A stretch of 32,100 nt of DNA from an uncultured Dehalococcoidia bacterium (GTDB lineage: Bacteria; Chloroflexota; Dehalococcoidia; DSTF01; WHTK01), in contig CAZNHI010000002.1 of the NCBI GenBank assembly GCA_964572535.1, positions 1 through 32,100 on the forward strand. Direction: 5' to 3'. The notes beneath the pieces were generated by a model. That model was not told where the DNA came from. It saw only the letters and a list, made by a program, of their open reading frames with translations, and did no database searches. Positions within the stretch are counted from its first letter, which is position 1. Each line of letters starts with the position of its first letter. Below, piece after piece: positions 26,221-32,100 of this stretch. The position numbers and the translations under genes were made by a program.

Positions 26221-28440
26221 CTATGCCGGGACCGCGTCCTTGAGGCGGCCCGCGACGAACCTGTGCGCCTTCATGGCTTCAATAAAGGCGTCGGCGAAGC
26301 CGCTGTTGCTTGTGCCCCGGCGCCCGCCGCTGGCAGGTCCCATCGATGTAACCACTCCCTGGTCACTGACCAACCCGCCGTCCGATAGCTGAATATTGGC
26401 CAGATCGGCCATGGCGAAAAGCTCGACTCCGTTGCCGGTGGCGCCGATGGGCTTGCAATGACGGAAGGCCTCATTGATGAAATGCAGAGCGTTGCCATGG
26501 GTCTTCAACGCTTCAATGTGGGAGCCGCCCGGCACGTACACGGCGTCGAACAGTACGCTCGCGCCGGTGCGGTAGCTCTTATCCGGCGTCACAGCTGTTC
26601 CGTCGGAGCCTTTTACCTGGTTCAGAGTCGGCGATACAACCTTGAGGAGCGCACCTTGGGCGGTCAGGCGAGCCTTGAGGGCATTGACCTGAGCCGCGTC
26701 GAACCCATCCGCCAAAACGGCGGCCACCTGACGCGTCTTGATCTGGTCGTGAGCGGTGCGCTCTACGCTAACCTCGGGTGCCTCATAGGCGGGCTCGACT
26801 GCCTTACCGGCTGGTGGCGGATCGACGCCGACGCCGGCAGCAATACGCGCTGCCAGGTCGTGGTCCACGCGGTTGAAGTTGGCTATGACGCGCTCACGCA
26901 CCGGCATGAACTGGCACATACCGAGTTCGAATTGGCCTGCTTCTACAATATGCTGCTTTTCCGCCTCCGTCTGGCCGCGCCAGAACATCGCCGCCTGGCT
27001 GAAGTGGTCGAGGAAGCTGGGGCTTCGCTCGCGCACCTTTGTACCCTCGATCGGCTCCTCGTAATGAACGTAGCCGCCCTCCTCAGCCGAGGCTGGCTTC
27101 GGGTTCCCCACTATCGAGTTGGGATAGCCCGGCTCCGGCAGCGGCGCCGGGCCGGCTGCTCCATTTGCGAATGAGTTCGGAGAGTAAGAAGCCGGACCGT
27201 CATGGATATACATCTGGTGGATGCCGTCCCGGTGGTTAGTCTTTGGCTGCGCCAGGGGAGAATTGATTGGAATATGGGTAAAGTTTGGTCCGCCCAACCG
27301 CGAGAGCTGCGTGTCCAGATAAGAGAACAGTCGCCCTTGTAGTAGCGGGTCGTTCGTGAAGTCGATGCCCGGGACAACGTTCGCGATGTGGAATGCGACC
27401 TGTTCAGTCTCGGCGAAGAAGTTATCCGGGTTGCGGTTGAGAACCATGCGGCCAACGCGCTGCAAAGGTACGAGCTCTTCCGGCACGATCTTTGTCGGGT
27501 CGAGCAGATCAAAGTCGTATTTGAACTCGTCTTCTTCGGGGATTAGCTGTACCGCGAACTCCCACTCAGGGAAGTTGCCGGCTTCGATGTTGTCGAAGAG
27601 GTCGCGACGGTGGAAGTCGGGGTCCTTACCGGAAATCTGCTGGCATTCCTCCCAAATGAGGGAGTGCGTGCCCAGAACGGGCCGCCAGTGGAATTTGACG
27701 AACGTGGACTTGCCTTCGGCGCTAATCAGCCGAAAGGTATGCACGCCGAAGCCGTCCATCATGCGGAAGCTTCGCGGTAAAGCGCGGTCGGAGAGTAACC
27801 AGAGCAACATGTGGGTCGACTCTGGGGTTAGAGAGGCAAAGTCCCAGAACGTGTCGTGCGCCGATGCAGCCTGGGGCATTTCGCTCTTGGGCTCCGGCTT
27901 TACGGCATGGATCAGGTCGGGAAACTTGATCGCGTCCTGAATGAAGAAAATCGGCATGTTATTGCCGACGAGGTCGAAGTTGCCCTCTTCGGTGTAAAAC
28001 TTGGTCGCGAACCCGCGCACATCCCTCGCTGTATCGGTCGAACCACGCGAGCCCGACACCGTCGAGAATCGTACAAAGACCGGCGTCCGCCGCGAAGGAT
28101 CAGTGAGGAAGCGGGCCTTCGTGTAGGGCGCCAGCGAGTCATCGTACGCCTGAAAGAAACCGTGGGCCCCGGAGCCACGAGCGTGGACGACGCGTTCCGG
28201 GATACGTTCGTGATCGAAGTGGGTGATCTTCTCACGCATGTGGAAGTCATCCAAGATCGTCGGTCCACGGATGCCGGCCCGGAGCGAGCTGTCTGTGTTA
28301 CTGATGCGAACGCCCTGGTCGCTCGTTAGGTAGTCGTCCGAATTTGCAGGGACGCGTGCCTTCGCTACCTCTGGAGGGACTCCGTTGGATTCGGGTGTTT
28401 TGTCGGCCCGGGACTTGCGCTTCTGGCGGTGGTCATTCAT
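26221..28440 (-). CDS. katE: large-subunit (HPII-type) monofunctional catalase
   Basis: FDHERIPERVVHARGSGAHGFF and RLFSYLDTQLSRLGGPNF, plus a C-terminal DJ-1/PfpI-like domain. The start is either ATG 28440 or TTG 28461. Confidence 0.9.
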   Translation of the reverse strand: MNDHRQKRKSRADKTPESNGVPPEVAKARVPANSDDYLTSDQGVRISNTDSSLRAGIRGPTILDDFHMREKITHFDHERIPERVVHARGSGAHGFFQAYDDSLAPYTKARFLTDPSRRTPVFVRFSTVSGSRGSTDTARDVRGFATKFYTEEGNFDLVGNNMPIFFIQDAIKFPDLIHAVKPEPKSEMPQAASAHDTFWDFASLTPESTHMLLWLLSDRALPRSFRMMDGFGVHTFRLISAEGKSTFVKFHWRPVLGTHSLIWEECQQISGKDPDFHRRDLFDNIEAGNFPEWEFAVQLIPEEDEFKYDFDLLDPTKIVPEELVPLQRVGRMVLNRNPDNFFAETEQVAFHIANVVPGIDFTNDPLLQGRLFSYLDTQLSRLGGPNFTHIPINSPLAQPKTNHRDGIHQMYIHDGPASYSPNSFANGAAGPAPLPEPGYPNSIVGNPKPASAEEGGYVHYEEPIEGTKVRERSPSFLDHFSQAAMFWRGQTEAEKQHIVEAGQFELGMCQFMPVRERVIANFNRVDHDLAARIAAGVGVDPPPAGKAVEPAYEAPEVSVERTAHDQIKTRQVAAVLADGFDAAQVNALKARLTAQGALLKVVSPTLNQVKGSDGTAVTPDKSYRTGASVLFDAVYVPGGSHIEALKTHGNALHFINEAFRHCKPIGATGNGVELFAMADLANIQLSDGGLVSDQGVVTSMGPASGGRRGTSNSGFADAFIEAMKAHRFVAGRLKDAVPA

Positions 28441-28545
28441 TAAGGATTTATCCTGTCTCAATCTCCATCTGTCTCAGGCAAGTACATTGCCTTTCAGCTG
28501 GGCCTTGTGAGGGGCTGGGAGAACACTGTCATCGGTTGATACCCT

Positions 28546-28908
28546 CTAGCCCGATCGAAGCATCCTTCTGAGAGCTAAACCGGCAAGGAGAGCGCACGCG
28601 ATCGCGGGTCCAGGGTGTTTTCGAGCAAAGTTCCTGACCTTTACCCAGAACCGAGATGCCGAGGGCCCCTCAAGATAGCCGGCCGTATCCTTGCCTGCCC
28701 TGCGCAGCACTTCCTGAGGTTCGGCCGCACGTTCCTTCACCGCATCGGCGACGTTCCGCATGCCGTTGGCCGCCTTCTCCTGCAAGACCTCGACCTTCTT
28801 TGGAGCACCCTCGGCGAGCTTCGACACCTTCTCTTCAACCTGAGTCATGGCCTTGTCGATCCTGTCGCTCGCTTCATCGAGACCTTGTTCTGTGTCCTTC
28901 TTAACCAC
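28546..28908 (-). CDS. DUF883/YqjD-ElaB-like tail-anchored stress protein
   Basis: GTG start after AGGGAGA. Charged helical body and a single C-terminal TM (HPGPAIACALLAGLALRRML). Confidence 0.5.
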   Translation of the reverse strand: MVKKDTEQGLDEASDRIDKAMTQVEEKVSKLAEGAPKKVEVLQEKAANGMRNVADAVKERAAEPQEVLRRAGKDTAGYLEGPSASRFWVKVRNFARKHPGPAIACALLAGLALRRMLRSG

Positions 28909-29044
28909 GATTCTCCCTTTCTATCTGTGTCACTTGGGATCTCAGACTCTGGGTCCTCCGAGGTCTTTCATGCTTTCCAGGGGGACGACCGTCTTCATTA
29001 GCACGCTGACACCGCCGCGCTCATGGGTTAGCGCCAAGGCTTAG

Positions 29045-29066
29045 AGGGGTCTAAGTGACCCCTTTT
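29045..29066. terminator. hairpin AGGGGTC-taagt-GACCCCT followed by TTTT on the plus strand
   Basis: Perfect 7-bp stem read from the sequence. It lies 36 nt downstream of the minus-strand SRPBCC stop, but the T-tract is on the plus strand, so its orientation and function are ambiguous. Confidence 0.35.
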
Positions 29067-29101
29067 CTACCCACCATGCCGGAACTGCCGTCACCGGGCC
29101 G

Positions 29102-29647
29102 TTACTGGTCGCGAAGGCGCTGCGGGAGATCGCCCGAACCGGGAGCGCTGTCGAGGCCCTTCCTATACAGCTGACTCGACTCACCCTCATCAGCACCGTG
29201 TTTGATCTCACCGCGCCAGGCACCCGTTTCCTGGCCGCGTCCTTCAATGAAGTCCTTGAAGCGGTGCAGGTCGCCCTCGACCCGTCGCGAAACAACGCCG
29301 AGCACGCTGCCGGCGCTTTCCTTCACGCCTTGCGGCTCATAGTTGATGTGCATCTCAATTTCGGTGTGCTCGCCGTCCAGAGGCTTGAAGGTGATCGTGC
29401 CGTCGTTCCGGGCGCCACCTTCACTCTCCCACGCCAGAACCTCATCCGGAACCTGGCGGGTGATCAGTGCGTACCACTCCTTCGTCTCTCCACCGATGTC
29501 TGCTGCCCAGAAGAGCCGTTGATCGTCGAGCTGCCTGACCTCCCGCACACCCTCCATGAATCGTGGAAAGTCCTCGAATTGCGTCCACTGGTTGTAAGCG
29601 GTCTGTACCGGAACGTCGACTTCGATGGTGCTGTCAATTGTCGCCAT
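29102..29647 (-). CDS. SRPBCC (cyclase/dehydrase-like) family protein
   Basis: Start moved to ATG 29647 (MATIDSTIEVDVPVQTAYNQWTQFEDFPRFMEGV), preceded by GAGAGGGGAAA. Confidence 0.8.
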   Translation of the reverse strand: MATIDSTIEVDVPVQTAYNQWTQFEDFPRFMEGVREVRQLDDQRLFWAADIGGETKEWYALITRQVPDEVLAWESEGGARNDGTITFKPLDGEHTEIEMHINYEPQGVKESAGSVLGVVSRRVEGDLHRFKDFIEGRGQETGAWRGEIKHGADEGESSQLYRKGLDSAPGSGDLPQRLRDQ

Positions 29648-29854
29648 TTGTTTCCCCTCTCTGATTGGTGTCTCCAACATGAGGGGTACCTAATCAAGCG
29701 CGCATCAAGCTCTGCGCTAATGCCTCAAGGATTCATCAACGATGGCTGGGGCGTCTCCACGATGGGCGCGCCGGTGAAGCACAACTTGACCTACGCCGTC
29801 CCAGGTGCTGCTGTAGACGACACTATCCCGTGATAGTGTCAGGTCCCTAGAGGC

Positions 29855-30226
29855 CTAGCTGAGAGGCCGAGGCGTCGATTGTCGCTGTTCGCGCAGCTCC
29901 TGGACCGCCGCGACGAAGCCCTCTCGGACGTGGCGACGAGTTGCCTTTGGGTCGCGCAGAAGGTCGGCCAGGCGCGTATGGAGCTCGTCGGTCAACGCAA
30001 TGCGCTCTCGGCCCAGCTCATTTTCCAGCCATCGGCTGGCACCGTCGTAGAAACTCATGTGAATGGCTGTCTTTAGACGGGAGCGTAGCTCGCAATAAGC
30101 GGCCCAGCGCTCCCGCTCCTCAGGTGCCTCGCCGTAGGCAGTTGCTTCCTGGAAGGGTATGAGAGCGTCGAGGGCCTCAATGAGCATGACGATTTCTGTC
30201 CCGGTCAGGGCTTCGTGTGTGGACAA
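29855..30226 (-). CDS. hypothetical protein
   Basis: 123-codon ORF. TTG start with AGGAG 10 nt upstream. No family recognised. Confidence 0.4.
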   Translation of the reverse strand: MSTHEALTGTEIVMLIEALDALIPFQEATAYGEAPEERERWAAYCELRSRLKTAIHMSFYDGASRWLENELGRERIALTDELHTRLADLLRDPKATRRHVREGFVAAVQELREQRQSTPRPLS

Positions 30227-30445
30227 CTCGGCTGAACTCCTGGGGCGGGCAGAAGCGGCGGGTTGAGGTCAGGGCGATTGTAGCGCGGTTCTTACACGTA
30301 TACCTGAACCGGCGTGTCACAACGACCTATACGCCGGCTCGCTGCTTCACCCACTCCCGCAGGTCTTCGAGTTCTTCTTCGAGCGGGTCGCGGAGCACGA
30401 CCTCCATCTTCAGCCAACGCAGATGCTCCTGGATGGTCAGCAGCT

Positions 30446-30454
30446 CCAGAACCG
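30446..30454. repeat. right copy of the 9-bp direct repeat CCAGAACCG (insertion junction)
   Basis: Identical to 6478-6486. Sequence outside the 9 bp does not match between the two sites. Confidence 0.85.
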
Positions 30455-30889
30455 CTGCTCAACCGCCGCGGGCGCCGGGTTAGCGGACGCCGCGACGTCC
30501 TGCAGGTTGTAACCGCCCACCGTGACCAGGCCCCGCAGTCGCTCCGGCCACAACGCCGAGACGATGCACGCCGCGCGCCCGCCCCAGTCGTAACCGCCGA
30601 CCACTGCCTGCTCGATGCCCAGGGCGTCCATGAAGTCGCGCAGATCAGCGCCCAGGGCTGCCTGCTGACCGGAGCGCGGCGTCTCAGCGCTGAGGAATCG
30701 GGTGGCGCCGTAGCCCCGCAGCCACGGCACGTAGACGCGGCAGCCCAGCTCGACGAGGCCGGCAAGACAGCCGTCGTAGGCGTGCGGGTCGTCCGGGAAG
30801 CCGTGCAGCAGGATCACCGGGGCGCCAGCTTGCGACCCGTGCGCCTCGTAGGCGATCTCGAGCGTCGGGGTGCGGACGGTTAGAGGCAT
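30446..30889 (-). pseudogene. alpha/beta hydrolase (epoxide-hydrolase-like), N-terminal half only
   Basis: MPLTVRTPTLEIAYEAHG...VILLHGFPDD (HGxP)...VVGGYDWGGRAA (Asp nucleophile elbow)...AAVEQRFW. After the repeat it runs into SC-stop at 30437. Confidence 0.8.
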
Positions 30890-30933
30890 CTTCGAACCCC
30901 TCAGATGCCCCGGGGTTCAACCCAGGGTGCTGC

Positions 30934-32100
30934 TCAAGCTCTCTCACGGATGACAGGGACGGTGAACTGACCGTGCGGCAGGACCAGGACGCTGCCTTCG
31001 CGACCCCGCGCCTGCGCGTCCGCGACGAGCTCTCGCACGGCCAGCGAGGCGTCGGCGGCGTACTCGAGGTGGGCGGCGCGCGTCTGCTCCGGGGTCAGCT
31101 TCGAGTGCAGCAGCACGCGGGCCCGGGTCTGCACCATGGCCTGGCACTGGATCTGCCACTGATCGTGACGCGGCTCCTCCGTGTGCAAGATGCGCCGCAG
31201 CAGCGCGGCAGGCGATTCCGCGGCCTTGAGCCCTTCTTCATAGTCGCTGCTGCCGATGCCCTCCTCGCAGCCGGCGACCAGCAGGATCGCGCCGCCTTCG
31301 CGCACGCCCTGCCCGGCCACCGACATGCCCTTCACAGACTGGTACAGCGTCGTGTCCGGCGGGTAGCCCATGTTGGTCACCACCACGACGTCGTAGGGGT
31401 GGCTGAGGCGCACCTGGTACTGCTCTGCCGCCTGCTCGACTGCCGCCGCGTGCGCAGCCTCCAGGTCGCCCGCGAAGACACCCGTAAGGTTGCGTTGGCT
31501 GTCCAGCGTGACGTTGAGCAGGAACTGGGGCGGGCAGAGCCGGACAATGTTGCTAATCTCCTCGAACACCGGGTTGCCTTGGGTCACGCACCAGTTGGCT
31601 TGCAGGTGCGCGAGGTTGGGCGCGCCGTGGTTGCTCATGACGATGTCCGCGCCCGCGACGCCCGGCATCACGCCCTTGGCGCCGCCCGAGTAGCCCGCGA
31701 ACAGGTGTGGCTCCACGAAGCCGACCACGATGCGCACGTCTGCCTCGACATAGGCGCGGCACAACTCCACCGGCACGCCCTTGCTGCGCCCCACCTCGAC
31801 CAGCGTCGAGCGGTCACGCGCCACGTGCTGCACGATTCGATAGCGCTGCGGCATCTCCAGCCCCAGCATTTCGACCAGCTCTGCCGGCGTGTTGACCCGG
31901 TGCAGACCCGTGCCGTTGACGATCGTGATATCGGCGTCCGGCACGCCAGCAGCGGCGAGCTCCGACAGGATGGGCTCCAGCAGCAGCTGGTTGGGCACCG
32001 GACGCGTGATGTCTGAGATGACAATCACGATGCCCTGCCCCGGACGCACGCGCTCGCGCAACGGCGGCCCGGCGATCGGCGCCCGCAGCGAGGCGAGCAC
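30934..32100 (-). CDS. LarA-like (DUF2088, lactate-racemase family) protein; 5' end off the window
   Basis: 388 codons open to the window edge. VIVISDITRPVPN...NGTGLHR...GGAKGVMPG resembles the LarA family. Confidence 0.75.
   Translation of the reverse strand: MLASLRAPIAGPPLRERVRPGQGIVIVISDITRPVPNQLLLEPILSELAAAGVPDADITIVNGTGLHRVNTPAELVEMLGLEMPQRYRIVQHVARDRSTLVEVGRSKGVPVELCRAYVEADVRIVVGFVEPHLFAGYSGGAKGVMPGVAGADIVMSNHGAPNLAHLQANWCVTQGNPVFEEISNIVRLCPPQFLLNVTLDSQRNLTGVFAGDLEAAHAAAVEQAAEQYQVRLSHPYDVVVVTNMGYPPDTTLYQSVKGMSVAGQGVREGGAILLVAGCEEGIGSSDYEEGLKAAESPAALLRRILHTEEPRHDQWQIQCQAMVQTRARVLLHSKLTPEQTRAAHLEYAADASLAVRELVADAQARGREGSVLVLPHGQFTVPVIRERA

Larger units (their letters stand above)
6487..30445. 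mobile_element. ~24 kb inserted genomic island (stress and signalling cargo) with no recognisable mobility genes
   Basis: It interrupts one hydrolase ORF and is bounded by a 9-bp direct repeat. GC and GC3 look lower than the flanks. Hand counts of single 60-nt lines: 47/60 G+C at 1-60 and at 31021-31080, versus 37/60 at 9301-9360 and 29/60 at 15661-15720. Confidence 0.6.

Noticed and set aside
30260-30300. Possible sigma-70 promoter (TACAAT on the minus strand) upstream of the hypothetical gene 29855..30226.
   Set aside because: No acceptable -35 element lies at 16-18 nt spacing. A single hexamer match is expected by chance.
30326-30436. Apparent ORF tail reading inward from the right junction (PSRSILRWLKMEVVLRDPLEEELEDLREWVKQRAGV).
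   Set aside because: On re-deriving the reverse complement block by block, it starts directly after the TGA that ends the hydrolase N-fragment and is at most 36 codons long. An earlier longer reading was my transcription error. It is too short and featureless to call.
6487-30445. Terminal inverted repeats, an integrase or transposase, or a tRNA attachment site that would classify the island as a transposon, ICE or prophage.
   Set aside because: I compared the first 30 nt or so inside each junction in both orientations and found no match. No recombinase-like ORF appears in any frame of the track, and no tRNA is adjacent. By-eye comparison cannot exclude short or degenerate repeats.

Overview
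High-GC bacterial chromosomal segment. The taxon cannot be proven from sequence; composition and strong AGGAGG-type ribosome-binding sites suggest a Chloroflexota- or Actinomycetota-like host. The flanks (1-6486 and 30446-32100) carry ordinary genes: a geranylgeranyl-reductase-like flavoprotein, a DUF433 protein, a bPH-domain membrane protein, ilvE, a Fic protein, an MBL-fold hydrolase, a Nudix-like protein and a LarA-like protein. The main observation is that one alpha/beta-hydrolase gene on the minus strand is split in two. Its N-terminal half lies at 30446-30889 and its C-terminal half at 6037-6486. The 23,959 bp between them (6487-30445) is bounded by a perfect 9-bp direct repeat, CCAGAACCG. 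Removing the insert plus one repeat copy restores an uninterrupted 294-codon reading frame. The insert looks lower in GC and GC3 than the flanks. I found no integrase, transposase or terminal inverted repeats in it. Its cargo is a coherent stress and signalling set. Stress genes include an HPII-type catalase, CsbD (plus a frameshifted second copy), GlsB/YeaQ/YmgE, DUF1232, a DUF6458-like protein, DUF1003, a ferritin-like protein, a DUF883-like protein and an SRPBCC protein. Signalling genes include two histidine kinases, four response regulators and a PAS-GGDEF-EAL protein. The catalase heads a tightly coupled five-gene operon (catalase, SAM methyltransferase, GT2, YqcI/YcgG, DUF1989) of unknown function. 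A central stretch of the insert contains decayed genes. Two stress operons share a bipartite upstream motif with identical 27-nt spacing. No rRNA, tRNA or CRISPR array was seen.
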